Assembly: GCA_963555985.3 (NCBI GenBank)
Contig: OY820591.1
Span: 576,001-640,000, forward strand
DNA from: Dehalococcoidia bacterium
GTDB lineage: Bacteria > Chloroflexota > Dehalococcoidia > Bin125
Reading direction: 5' to 3'
Length of the DNA: 64,000 nucleotides
Below the pieces are notes generated by a model that worked only from the letters and a program-made list of their open reading frames with translations, was not told where the DNA came from and searched no databases. The position numbers were made by a program, and so were the translations under genes. Below, piece after piece: positions 1 to 9,132 of the stretch. Position 1 is the first letter of the stretch; every line of letters starts with the position of its first letter.

Positions 1-96
1 GCTCAGGCTGCCCTCTCCCGTTCGCTCCAACGACTCCGAGTGCTCGAACACCGCCGCCGCCGCAGCGGGCGCGAAATGTCGCGGCCCAGCTCCTAG
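1..96 (+). CDS. atpC: ATP synthase F1 epsilon subunit, 3' end (partial)
   Basis: Frame 1 reads AQAALSRSLQRLRVLEHRRRRR...*, typical of the epsilon C-terminal helix; atpC-murA adjacency is common. Confidence 0.65.
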   Translation, partial: AQAALSRSLQRLRVLEHRRRRSGREMSRPSS

Positions 97-159
97 GCGC
101 TCCGCGGTTATCCCATTCGGGTTCGCCAGAGCATGACTGGTAGGGCTACCGTCTGAGCT

Positions 160-1437
160 ATGGACTCCGACAGCGACACGTATCTGCAGATTCGCGGCGG
201 GCGGCGCTTGTCCGGCGTGGCGACTGTGGCCGGGGCGAAGAATGCGGCGCTGCCGTGTTTGGCGGCGACGTTGTTGACTGACCAGCCGACGCGCCTGCGG
301 CGGGTGCCGGCGATCTCGGACATTGGCCGATTTTGCGAGATCCTGGAGACGCTTGGGGCCGTCGTTCAGTTCGACGCGGCCAGCGGCGAGTTGGAGGTAC
401 GCCCGCCGGCCGGTGGTTGCTCGGCGACGCCGCCCGACCAGTTGGTGGCCGCGCTGCGAGCGTCGTTTCTGGTGATGGGGCCGCTGCTTGCGCGCAGCGG
501 GCGAGCGTCTTGCGGCGCGCCCGGGGGGGATGTGATTGGCGCGCGTCCGCTGGATGTGCATCTGGCGGGTTTTCGAGCGCTTGGCGCCGAAGTGGAGACG
601 TCCGGCAGCCGCACGACCGCCTTCGCTCCGCAAGGTCTGCGCGGGGCGGTGATCGTGCTCGATTACCCCAGCGTGCTTGGTACGGAGAATCTTCTGCTCG
701 CGGCTGTGCTGGCGGCGGGGCGCACTGAGATCGTGAACGCTGCGATGGAGCCGGAGATCGTCTGTTTGGCGGAGATGCTCAAGGCGATGGGGGCGCGCAT
801 TTCGGGGGCGGGGCAGCACACGATCGTGATTGACGGCGTGGAGCGGTTGTCCGGGGTGGATCATGAGTTGATCGCGGACCGGATCGAAGCGGGGACGCTG
901 GCGATTGCGGCGGTGATCAGCGGCGGCGATGTTCGTCTGGGGCGGATCGAGCCGCGCCATTTGGACGCGCTGTGCGCCAAACTGACTCAGATCGGGGCGG
1001 AGCTGGAGTGCGAACGGGATGACTTGCGGGTGCGGGCGTTGCATCCGTTGCAGGCGACGAATGTGCAGGCGCTGCCGTATCCGGGCTTTGCGACCGACCT
1101 GCAAGCGCCGATTACCGCTCTGCTGACGCAGGCGCACGGGACCTCGATCGTGCATGAGCGGGTCTTCGAGAATCGGATGCAGCATCTCGATCAGCTGCGC
1201 AAGTTCGGCGCGAACCTGATTAGCGGCGGGGCGATGCCGGTGGTGCATGGTCCGGCGCGGCTGTCGGGGGCGGTGGTGCGGGGGACGGATATTCGCGCGG
1301 CGGCGGCGCTGGTGGTGGCGGCGCTCGCCGCCGAGGGTGTGAGCGAGGTGTACGGGGTGGATCATCTGGATCGCGCGTATGTGGGCTTGGATCGGACGCT
1401 CAGGCGGCTGGGTGCGGAGATTGAGCGGGTTGGCTAG
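160..1437 (+). CDS. murA: UDP-N-acetylglucosamine 1-carboxyvinyltransferase (Cys115-to-Asp variant)
   Basis: GAKNAALP, LRASFLVMGPLLAR, PGGDVIGARP, DRIEAGT, PYPGFATDLQ, FENR motifs. Confidence 0.97.
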   Translation: MDSDSDTYLQIRGGRRLSGVATVAGAKNAALPCLAATLLTDQPTRLRRVPAISDIGRFCEILETLGAVVQFDAASGELEVRPPAGGCSATPPDQLVAALRASFLVMGPLLARSGRASCGAPGGDVIGARPLDVHLAGFRALGAEVETSGSRTTAFAPQGLRGAVIVLDYPSVLGTENLLLAAVLAAGRTEIVNAAMEPEIVCLAEMLKAMGARISGAGQHTIVIDGVERLSGVDHELIADRIEAGTLAIAAVISGGDVRLGRIEPRHLDALCAKLTQIGAELECERDDLRVRALHPLQATNVQALPYPGFATDLQAPITALLTQAHGTSIVHERVFENRMQHLDQLRKFGANLISGGAMPVVHGPARLSGAVVRGTDIRAAAALVVAALAAEGVSEVYGVDHLDRAYVGLDRTLRRLGAEIERVG

Positions 1438-1517
1438 GTGGGGAAGGTCATTGCGAGACTTCCTTGGCCTGTTCGGATTTGCACAGATCACTGTGCCAGA
1501 GCGTGCGAGTAGGCCGG

Positions 1518-1620
1518 ACCCCCCCTCTGTCGCTACGTGACATCTCCCCCCGCAAGGGGGGGAGAGGGGATCCTCTCTGTCGCTACGTGACGTCTCACCC
1601 GCAGTGCGGGGGAGAGGGGA
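1518..1620. repeat. Two tandem ~50-bp copies of palindromic REP-like family 1 (CCCCCTCTGTC..GACATCTCCCCC..GGGGGAGAGGGGA)
   Basis: Direct repeat 1521-1570 / 1571-1620; same family recurs at ~2825, 4942, 6016, 22100, 39826, 49370. Confidence 0.85.
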
Positions 1621-1722
1621 GCTGGTACGGGACATGTCCTCGTGCGGCGCGGGGGTGAGCAGATCACGGTGCAGATGCAGGTTGGGGGTAGAATCGCTCC
1701 AGCGCGGCGGAATGCGAGCTAC

Positions 1723-2769
1723 ATGTTCTTCACCAAGAAGCTGGGGATCGACCTCGGCACGGCCCACCTGCGAATTGCGATTCCCGGCCGCGACGGCGGG
1801 ATTGTGGTCAGCGAACCGTCCGTGGTTGCCTTGTCGCAGCGCGAGAACGCGGTGATCGCGGCGGGGGGCGATGCGGCGAACCTGCTGGGACGGACGCCGG
1901 AGAGCATCACGATCGCTCACCCGATGCGCGAGGGCGTGGTCGACGATTATCTGATCGTGGAGGCGCTGCTGCGCTACTACATGTCGCAGGTGACGGGGCG
2001 CTTCAACCTGGTGCGGCCTGAAGTGATGATCGCGACGCCGGTGGGCGTCACGAACGTAGAGCAGCGGGCGGTGCGAGACGCGGCCGAGCAGGCTGGGGCG
2101 CGGCGTCCGGCGCATTTGATTGCGAATCCGCTGGCAGCGGCGATTGGGGCGGGCGTGCCGATGGGTGACGCGCGCGGTGCGCTGGTGGTGGATCTGGGCG
2201 CGGGGCGTTCGGAGGCGGCGGTGCTCTCGATGTACGGGGTGGTGGTCTGGGAGTCGGCGCGGGCGGGGGGCGAGGTGATCTCGGAGGCGATCTCGGAGCA
2301 TATGAAGCGGCGGCACAACCTGTTGATCGGCGAACGCACCGCCGATGAGTTGAAGCGCCAGATTGGTTCGGCGGTGCCGCTGGAGGATTCGATCCGCACC
2401 CAGGTGCGGGGACGCGATCAGGTCTCGGGGATGCCGCGCACGGTGGCGGTGACCTCGAACGAACTCTCGCCCTCGATTCAGACGGTGCTGGAGACGGTGG
2501 TCGAGGTGATTCGGAGCACGCTGGAGCGGACGCCGCCGGAGCTGACGGCGGACATTATTGATCGAGGGATGATGCTGACCGGCGGGGGCGCGCTGCTGCG
2601 CGGTCTGGACACTTACTTGTTGGAGCAGACGAGCATTCCGGTCACGATTGCGGAGCAGCCTGAGGAGGCGGTGGCGCTTGGTGCGGCTCAGGCGCTGGAT
2701 AATCTGGATTTGATTGGTCCGAATTTGCTGGGCAGCGAGAGCGCTCTGAGCGGGACGGACGGGTTTTAG
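1723..2769 (+). CDS. mreB: Rod shape-determining protein MreB/Mbl family
   Basis: GIDLGT, EPSVVA, LLIGERTA, LERTPPEL, LTGGGALL; ATG 1723 chosen; TAGAAT at 1689. Confidence 0.92.
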   Translation: MFFTKKLGIDLGTAHLRIAIPGRDGGIVVSEPSVVALSQRENAVIAAGGDAANLLGRTPESITIAHPMREGVVDDYLIVEALLRYYMSQVTGRFNLVRPEVMIATPVGVTNVEQRAVRDAAEQAGARRPAHLIANPLAAAIGAGVPMGDARGALVVDLGAGRSEAAVLSMYGVVVWESARAGGEVISEAISEHMKRRHNLLIGERTADELKRQIGSAVPLEDSIRTQVRGRDQVSGMPRTVAVTSNELSPSIQTVLETVVEVIRSTLERTPPELTADIIDRGMMLTGGGALLRGLDTYLLEQTSIPVTIAEQPEEAVALGAAQALDNLDLIGPNLLGSESALSGTDGF

Positions 2770-2820
2770 GGGGTCTGGGATGATCGCCGTCACTGTGTGA
2801 TCCTGCCTGGTTGGGCGTAG

Positions 2821-3050
2821 GGGACCCCCCCTCTGTCACTACATGACATCTCCCCCCGCAGTGGGGGGAGAGGGGAGCGGACTTCTGCAAAGGGATCCCT
2901 TTGAGGGGACGGGCTCCGCGGTGGGGGGAGAGGGGAGCGGATTTTCGCAACGGTCTCCGCAGGCGGGAATTCACATCCCACTCGATACGCGGCATGGATT
3001 CCCGCCTGCGCGGGAATGACGGATTTTGGGCAGATCTCTAGAGGGGGATC
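2821..3050. repeat. Composite palindromic repeat block (REP1 + REP3 + ATTCCC-N8-GGGAAT REP2, with TTTTGCAA.GGTCTC-like junctions)
   Basis: Shares segments with 4940-5125 and 6014-6245. Confidence 0.85.
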
Positions 3051-3063
3051 GGCGCTTTTGGTT

Positions 3064-3753
3064 TTAGGCGACCCAGCCGGTTGGTTCCTGATCGCCTGAG
3101 TCTTCGGCGCGGGGGAGGTAGTAGGCCATGCTTTCCAGTTCCATGACGGGATCGATTTGGCGGAGGCGGACTCCGTCGGGGACGCTGGTGGTGATGGGGG
3201 CGTAGCTGAGGATGGCGCGCACGCCGCCCTCGACCAGGGTTTCGATGACCTCCTGGGCGGCTTGGGCGGGGACGGCGACGATGCCCATGGGCACGGGATG
3301 GGCGTCGAGGAACTCGCGCAGCGTGTTGACGTGATCGACACGCACGTTTTCAATCGTCTGGTTGATTCGGGCCGGGTCGAGGTCGAAGGCGCGGATGACC
3401 TCGAAGCCCTGGCGGCGGAAGTCGCCATAACCCAGCAATGCTCGTCCGAGGCGGCCGACGCCGACCAGGACGAGCTGCTGGACGTGTCCGTTGAGGCCGA
3501 GGATGCGGCGCAGGCGCTCGCGCAGTTCTTCGACCTCGTAGCCGCGGCCCTGCTTGCCGAAGCGGCCGAAGTAGGAGAGGTCTTTGCGGATTTGGGCGGG
3601 GGTGACGTTGAGGCGCCGGCCCAGCTCCTTGGAGGAGATGTAGTCGCGTCCCTCGCTGAGCAACAAGCTCAGTTCGCGTGCGTACATGGGCAGGCGCCGA
3701 ACGACGATGTCGGGGATGTCCTCAGTGCCGTCCTGAGATGCAAGCTCGCTCAC
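3064..3753 (-). CDS. rex: Redox-sensing transcriptional repressor Rex
   Basis: RRLPMY, ISSKELG, QIRKDLSYFGRFGKQGRGY, GVGRLG Rossmann motif. Confidence 0.96.
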   Translation of the reverse strand: MSELASQDGTEDIPDIVVRRLPMYARELSLLLSEGRDYISSKELGRRLNVTPAQIRKDLSYFGRFGKQGRGYEVEELRERLRRILGLNGHVQQLVLVGVGRLGRALLGYGDFRRQGFEVIRAFDLDPARINQTIENVRVDHVNTLREFLDAHPVPMGIVAVPAQAAQEVIETLVEGGVRAILSYAPITTSVPDGVRLRQIDPVMELESMAYYLPRAEDSGDQEPTGWVA

Positions 3754-3838
3754 CTTGCGCCTCCTGGGGACAGGCTACAACCGACTTGCGAATTTGCCCC
3801 TTGAGCGCGGGCGCTGCCGCCGGCCGCGGAGCCAGCGC

Positions 3839-4837
3839 TCACAGCAGTTGATCCGAGGGTTGGCGCGTGCCGAAATCGTCGGCGCGCAGTTCGGCCAGGC
3901 GCCGGGCGCCGGCCTCGGAGAGCGGCGGCAAGTCCATCGCCTTGAGCTGGTCTTCTAGCTCCGCGCGGTTCTTGACGCCGGGGATCACTGAGGAGATTGC
4001 CGGCTGATCGAGGGCAAAACGCGCGGCGACACGCGAAAGCGGGACGCTTTCGGTTTCGAGGAAGCGCAGGCGTTCGACGCGCTGTACGTCGCTGGCGACC
4101 AGCGAGTCGTCGGCGACGGGGCGATCGACTCCCTGCGAGAGCGCTCCGCCGGCGAGGTTGCGGATGCCGATGACGCCGAGTCCGAGTTCGGCCGCGAGCG
4201 GCAGCAACTGCCCGTGATCGTGCAGCGATGAACCTGGCGGCAACGGTTCGGCGGCGGAATTGTTCAACAAGTTGTAATACACCTGGACCGTGTCGAGCGC
4301 TCCCTCGCGCATGACCTGGCGCACGCAGGCGGCGTCGCCCAGGCCGGTGATGCCGAGGTATCGAGTGAGGCCGGCGTCGCGCAGGCGGTGGAGCGCTGCG
4401 ACGGCGCTGAGCGCGTCGGCAAGCGCGATTGAGCGCGGGAACTGATCGCGTTCGGGGGTGATGCTGTTGTGGAGTTGGAACAGGTCGACGCGCTCGCGGC
4501 GGAGCCGCTCCAAGGACTCGTGGAGGCCGCGTTCGACGGCTGCGCCGATGTCTTCGAGGTCGTCGTCTCGGAGGGAGACCTTCGTGGCGACGAGCATGTC
4601 CTGCCCGACGCCGTTACGCGCTTCCAAGAGGGCGCGGCCCAGGTTGCGTTCGGCGGTTCCGTCGCCGTAGGAGGGGGCGACGTCGTAGAAGTTGACGCCT
4701 TCGCGGATGGCGAGGGCGATGGTTTGCTGGATTTCGTCGTCGGTGGTTTCGCCCCAGACCTGCCCGATGCCGCCGCCGCCCAGGCCGATTTCGGAGACGA
4801 CGAGTCCGGTGCGTCCCAGTCGTCGGTAGCGCATCAT
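3839..4837 (-). CDS. Aldo/keto reductase
   Basis: YRRLGRTGLVVSEIGLG, DVAPSYG, VATK, SLERLRRERVDLFQLH. Confidence 0.92.
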   Translation of the reverse strand: MMRYRRLGRTGLVVSEIGLGGGGIGQVWGETTDDEIQQTIALAIREGVNFYDVAPSYGDGTAERNLGRALLEARNGVGQDMLVATKVSLRDDDLEDIGAAVERGLHESLERLRRERVDLFQLHNSITPERDQFPRSIALADALSAVAALHRLRDAGLTRYLGITGLGDAACVRQVMREGALDTVQVYYNLLNNSAAEPLPPGSSLHDHGQLLPLAAELGLGVIGIRNLAGGALSQGVDRPVADDSLVASDVQRVERLRFLETESVPLSRVAARFALDQPAISSVIPGVKNRAELEDQLKAMDLPPLSEAGARRLAELRADDFGTRQPSDQLL

Positions 4838-4939
4838 GGGCGGGTCCTTTCGGGCGGCGTTCGGGAGAGGCTAGTTGCTGTCTGGGTTAGAGGCAGGGTT
4901 GGGGAGGGGCGAGGTGTTCTCACTCCCTCTGGTCGGGCG

Positions 4940-5125
4940 CCCCCCCTCTGTCACTCCGTGACATCTCCCTCCCCGCCTACGCGGGGACAGGCTCCGCAAG
5001 GGGGGAGAGGAGAGCTCCGCAAGGGGGGGAGGAGATTGCGGCTTTGGCAACGGTCTCGGTAGGCGGGAATGCGCATCCCGCTCGAGACGCCGCATGGATT
5101 CCCGCGTTCGCGGGAATGACGGAAA
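4940..5125. repeat. Composite palindromic repeat block (left flank of HTH gene)
   Basis: ~50-bp and ~32-bp segments near-identical to 6058-6109 and 6168-6199. Confidence 0.85.
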
Positions 5126-5131
5126 TGGGGA

Positions 5132-5908
5132 TTAGGCGGGGAGTTGTCGCTGGCGCTGGCGGCTGAGTTCAAGGTACTCGCGGATCCAGGGGTCAGGGCC
5201 GTCGACGGCCTGGATCAGGGGGTCTTGGGGGTCGTCGATGTAGCCGGGGTAGGGCGCTTGGGACGGGGGATTCTGGCCGGGTTGGTTCGATTCGCTGTTG
5301 TGGTTGGGGGATTGCTCGATTGCGTGTTCGGGCTTGTTCGGTTCTGTTCGGGCCGGTGCGTCGGCGTCTTGGGCGCGTTCGTCGTGTTCGGAGGCGTTCG
5401 GTTCCGTTCGGCTGGGTGCGGGTGCGAGGGCGAGCGGTTGGTCGGGGTCGAGGTCGGCGTTCGGTTCGGCGGGAGGTGCCTCGATCTGCTGGATTTCTTC
5501 GGGGGTGGGGGGGAAGAAGTGTTCGGGCCTGGGGTAGCGTTGGCCGTAGCGGTCGACGCTGACGCCGCCCTGGACGAGTTCTTGGGTGCGCTCGGATTCG
5601 TCGCGGCGGATTTTGGGCACGGCCGTGAGCAGCAGGCGCAGTTCGCGGATGTCGGCGCGGCGGCGGTCGTGGTGGGGGTCGTCGAGGTCGGCGAGTTGGA
5701 GCAGGTGGACGACGAGTTGGTCGGCGGCGAGTTCCTGGATCAAGTCGGCGCGGAAGAGTTCGAAGTCTTTGAGGTAGGCGGCGACGGTGGAGTGTGCGCA
5801 GCCCATCTCCTGGGCGATTTGGCGGAGGGTGAGGCCTTGTTGGCGGAGTTGGTGTGCTTGGAGCAGTTTGGCGCGTCGGGCGGGGTTGGGGAAGTTGGGG
5901 AAGCTCAT
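5132..5908 (-). CDS. Hypothetical protein with N-terminal helix-turn-helix and Pro/Asn/Glu-rich low-complexity tail
   Basis: LRQQGLTLRQIAQEMGCAHSTVAAYL HTH; RTEPN repeats in the C-terminal half. Confidence 0.7.
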   Translation of the reverse strand: MSFPNFPNPARRAKLLQAHQLRQQGLTLRQIAQEMGCAHSTVAAYLKDFELFRADLIQELAADQLVVHLLQLADLDDPHHDRRRADIRELRLLLTAVPKIRRDESERTQELVQGGVSVDRYGQRYPRPEHFFPPTPEEIQQIEAPPAEPNADLDPDQPLALAPAPSRTEPNASEHDERAQDADAPARTEPNKPEHAIEQSPNHNSESNQPGQNPPSQAPYPGYIDDPQDPLIQAVDGPDPWIREYLELSRQRQRQLPA

Positions 5909-6013
5909 CTTTGCTCGCTCTCTTGTTCTGTGGGTGGATAGTCGAGCTTACCGTATGTGTGTTCGTATGTGTTGGAGTTGGGGTGTGTTTTGGTTGACAG
6001 AGTGGTGAGGGAG

Positions 6014-6245
6014 GACCCCCCTCTGTCCCCCCGCCTTCGCGGGGGCAGGCTCTACGGGACATCTCCCTCCCCGCCTACGCGGGGACAGGCTCCGCAAGGG
6101 GGGGAGAGGGGAGCACTTTTGCAACGATCTCCTCGAGTGGGAATTCGGGTCCCACTCGAGGCGCTGTATGGATTCCCGCGTTCGCGGGAATGACGGAAAC
6201 GGGAGTTTTGCAAAGGCCTCCTTTCGCGGGGACAGGCTCCGCGGC
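6014..6245. repeat. Composite palindromic repeat block (right flank of HTH gene)
   Basis: See 4940-5125; ends TTTTGCAAAGGCCTC plus half of REP3. Confidence 0.85.
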
Positions 6246-6349
6246 GGAGCGCGGGTCTGACGGTCATGCATTGGTTTGGGGAAGGGTGGAGTGTGGGCTG
6301 CTTGGCGGGAAGGCCGTACTCAGTGTGAACAGGCTTTAGCATTGGCCTC

Positions 6350-7087
6350 ATGGTTCGCAAACGGATGCTTGAGGAAGATGCTCGCCGGCTTTTGGGCGGG
6401 TCTCCGGTGCTGCTGGTCAGCACTCGCTGGCGGGCGGTGGCCAATGTCGCGCCGATCGCGTACGCGATGCCGGTCTCGATGAACCCCCCGTTGATCGCGA
6501 TCGCCGTGCATCCCTCGCGGCGGACGCACGACATGATCAAATACGGCGAGGAGTTCGTGATCAACATTCCCTCACGGGTGCTGCTCAACCACACTCAGTG
6601 GCTGGGGATGGTCTCGAACTCGGTCGGCGACAAGCTGGAGGCGTCGCGGGTGCCCTCGTTCAAGGGCAAGGAGGTGGACTCGCCCCTGCTCGAGGGCTGC
6701 GTCGGCTGGATCGAGTGCACCTTGCACGACTATTACACGATGGGCGATCACACGCTCTTCATCGGCAAGGTCGTCTCTGCGCAGGCGGACACTGACGGGT
6801 TCGATTTCAATACCGGGATGTGGTCGCTGGACGACGCCGAATACAAGCCCTTGATGTACCTGGGCGGGCGCAGCTACAGCCTGCTTGACGAGTCGTTTGA
6901 CGCGACGGTAGAACAGCGCCCGGTTGAACAGATGCTGGAAGAGGGGATCGGGCGCGAACTGGAGGAGGCCGAGGCGGAGCGGCGGATCAAGCGTGAGGAA
7001 GAGGCGGAGCGGCGCGAAGAGGAAGAGCGGCGCGGCGAGTTTGAGCCGGATACGTCGAGTCTGCCGCGCGAACTGCCCGACGCCTGA
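6350..7087 (+). CDS. Flavin reductase-like (DIM6/NTAB) protein with charged C-terminal helix
   Basis: PVSMNPPLIAIAV, EFVINIP, GDHTLFIGKV. Confidence 0.88.
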   Translation: MVRKRMLEEDARRLLGGSPVLLVSTRWRAVANVAPIAYAMPVSMNPPLIAIAVHPSRRTHDMIKYGEEFVINIPSRVLLNHTQWLGMVSNSVGDKLEASRVPSFKGKEVDSPLLEGCVGWIECTLHDYYTMGDHTLFIGKVVSAQADTDGFDFNTGMWSLDDAEYKPLMYLGGRSYSLLDESFDATVEQRPVEQMLEEGIGRELEEAEAERRIKREEEAERREEEERRGEFEPDTSSLPRELPDA

Positions 7088-7089
7088 GC

Positions 7090-8154
7090 TCAGGCTCGCA
7101 GCGCCGGCGCGACCTCTGCCATGAACAGGCGCATCGAGCGCACGACCTGGTCGTGCGGGATGACGCCGCCGGCGTTGCACCAGGTTAGGAAGTGGCCGAC
7201 TTGGTAGCGGTCGCGCAGGGCCGCCAGTTTGGCGGTGACTTCATCGACACTGCCGATCGCGCACATTTCGTCAAGCAGTCCCTCGTAGCTGAGGGTGCTG
7301 TTGCGCTCCATCAGCGGAGGCAGGTTGTTGGGGTCGCCGCCGCGCGCGCGCAGACTGCGCAGACCGGTCTCGGTGACGACCTGGATGTAGCTCATCAGGC
7401 TTTCGCGCGCTTCTTCGCGCGCCTGCTCGGGGGTCTCGGCCACATGCACCGGCAACAGCAAGCCGGCGTCGGAGGCAAGGGGACGCGCGCCCTCGCGTTC
7501 GGTGCGGCCCTGCCAATAGCCGGCGTAGCGGTGGTCCAGGTCTTCGTGGAAGGCGGTGATTGGCGAGGCGAAGACGCGCCAGCTCTCGCGCATGGCCCGT
7601 TCGAAGGACTCATCGCTGTTCGCCGCCATTCGGAGCGGCGGTCCGGGGCGCTGAATCGGCTTGGGCACGACCTGGACGTTGCTGTAGCTGAAGTGGTTGC
7701 CGCTGAAGTTGACGGGATCGTCCGACCAGGCCTGGCGGATCACGGTCAGGGCCTCATCAAAGCGCTCTGCTCGATCGGACATGCGCACGTTGAACCCGGA
7801 GAAATGCTCACCGATCGCGCCGCGGCCGACGCCGTATTCGAGCCTGCCAGCGGAGATGATGTCGAGCGTGGCGGCGTCTTCGGCGGCGCGAATCGGATCG
7901 ACCAGCGGCAAGAGCGCGACGCCGGTGCCCAGCCGAATCCGCTCGGTTTGCGCGGCGGCGGCGGCCATCGCCACCATTGGCGAGGGCAGCACGGAGAACT
8001 CGCGCACGAAGTGCATTTCGGCGAGCCAGGCGGCGTCCCAGCCGATCCGGTCGGCCTCGACGATCTGCGCGATGGTGTCGCGGTAGCGCGTGGGTACGTC
8101 CTGGCCGTCGGCTTGGGGCAGCTGGAAGAAGAGTCCGAACTCGAGCGACGCCAT
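7090..8154 (-). CDS. LLM-class flavin-dependent oxidoreductase
   Basis: WLAEMHF, TERIRLGTGV, AEDAATLDIISAGRLEYGVGRG, PKPIQRP. Confidence 0.93.
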   Translation of the reverse strand: MASLEFGLFFQLPQADGQDVPTRYRDTIAQIVEADRIGWDAAWLAEMHFVREFSVLPSPMVAMAAAAAQTERIRLGTGVALLPLVDPIRAAEDAATLDIISAGRLEYGVGRGAIGEHFSGFNVRMSDRAERFDEALTVIRQAWSDDPVNFSGNHFSYSNVQVVPKPIQRPGPPLRMAANSDESFERAMRESWRVFASPITAFHEDLDHRYAGYWQGRTEREGARPLASDAGLLLPVHVAETPEQAREEARESLMSYIQVVTETGLRSLRARGGDPNNLPPLMERNSTLSYEGLLDEMCAIGSVDEVTAKLAALRDRYQVGHFLTWCNAGGVIPHDQVVRSMRLFMAEVAPALRA

Positions 8155-8198
8155 ACGCGGCTCCTGTCCTGATGGATCAGGCTACCGCAGCGGAGGCG

Positions 8199-8672
8199 CT
8201 AGTCGGGGAGGGTTAGGTAGACGCTGTTTTCTTCGTAGATTGCGTGGAAGCCGAATTGGAGGAGTACGTCCCGGCCGAGGAGGGAGGGGATGTCCCAAAC
8301 GGGGTCGGCGTCCGGTGCGGCTGGACGGGGGATGAGGACATTAGTGAGAATGCGCTCCGGCGCATCGACATCATCGACAAACGTCAATGTGAGCTCCAGC
8401 GGATAGGCGTCGATTCCGCCTGTAATTCCGGCGAGCGGGACGTGAGTGCGAGGATCGTCGAAGTCGATTTCTTCCCATGCCGTGTCGAGCACGGCTCGGG
8501 CATCCTCCAGACTGAGTGTGGTCACTTCGGAGCCTGTGTCAATCAGGAAGTCAATCCGCGGCCGACGATTATCCCACTCGACGTAGGCTTCGATTGAAGG
8601 CGCGTAGAGTGCCGGCGGCGGTTCGCCGCTGATGGTGTCAAAGACGAGGTAACTGCCTGGAAAGTTGCGCAT
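8199..8672 (-). CDS. Retropepsin-like (clan AA) aspartic protease
   Basis: FLIDTGS catalytic motif and SLLGRDVL. Confidence 0.85.
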   Translation of the reverse strand: MRNFPGSYLVFDTISGEPPPALYAPSIEAYVEWDNRRPRIDFLIDTGSEVTTLSLEDARAVLDTAWEEIDFDDPRTHVPLAGITGGIDAYPLELTLTFVDDVDAPERILTNVLIPRPAAPDADPVWDIPSLLGRDVLLQFGFHAIYEENSVYLTLPD

Positions 8673-9004
8673 TATTGACGTCGACGCAGGTATCCATAGC
8701 TGGAACCCAGTCGTCGGCGGGGTACGAGAAACGTGGCGTTGCGCGTGGGCGGGTCAAGTGCGTCATAGAACTCGAACATCTCGCCGCGCGTCTCGAACGA
8801 ACGCACTTCGCCGCCGCGAATCACCAGGATGTGCCGGTCCCAGTGTGCTTCCAGAATCTCGCTGCGGTGCTCGTCGTAGTAGGAGCGGTTTTGGCGCGAC
8901 TCGCGCAGGCAGGCGCGCTCTTCTTCGGTCCACTCGCGTTGCGGAAGTCGTCGGAAGCCCGTCAGTTTCAAGGCTGGTTCGGTGGAATTCGTTTCGGTCG
9001 TCAC
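8672..9004 (-). CDS. Small protein, DUF5678-like, translationally coupled to the protease
   Basis: YYDEHRSEILEAHWDRHILVIRGGEV pattern; TAATG overlap. Confidence 0.6.
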   Translation of the reverse strand: MTTETNSTEPALKLTGFRRLPQREWTEEERACLRESRQNRSYYDEHRSEILEAHWDRHILVIRGGEVRSFETRGEMFEFYDALDPPTRNATFLVPRRRLGSSYGYLRRRQ

Positions 9005-9132
9005 GATGCCGACTCCCCACTGATACCAAGATGATATCGGCTTTCGCAGCAGGCTGGACTGAGGGGATGCCAGGAACGAGGTTGTGGCGGTTGCCTATAC
9101 TCCCCACACTGCTCCAGATCGAGAGGCTCGCC

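Noticed and set aside
1518-6245. Repeats as a CRISPR array
   Set aside because: No regular repeat-spacer periodicity and no cas genes; these are dispersed palindromes
8665-9132. N-terminal extension of the 340-aa ORF
   Set aside because: Overlaps an opposite-strand gene; the start at 9133 has an SD and a -10 box
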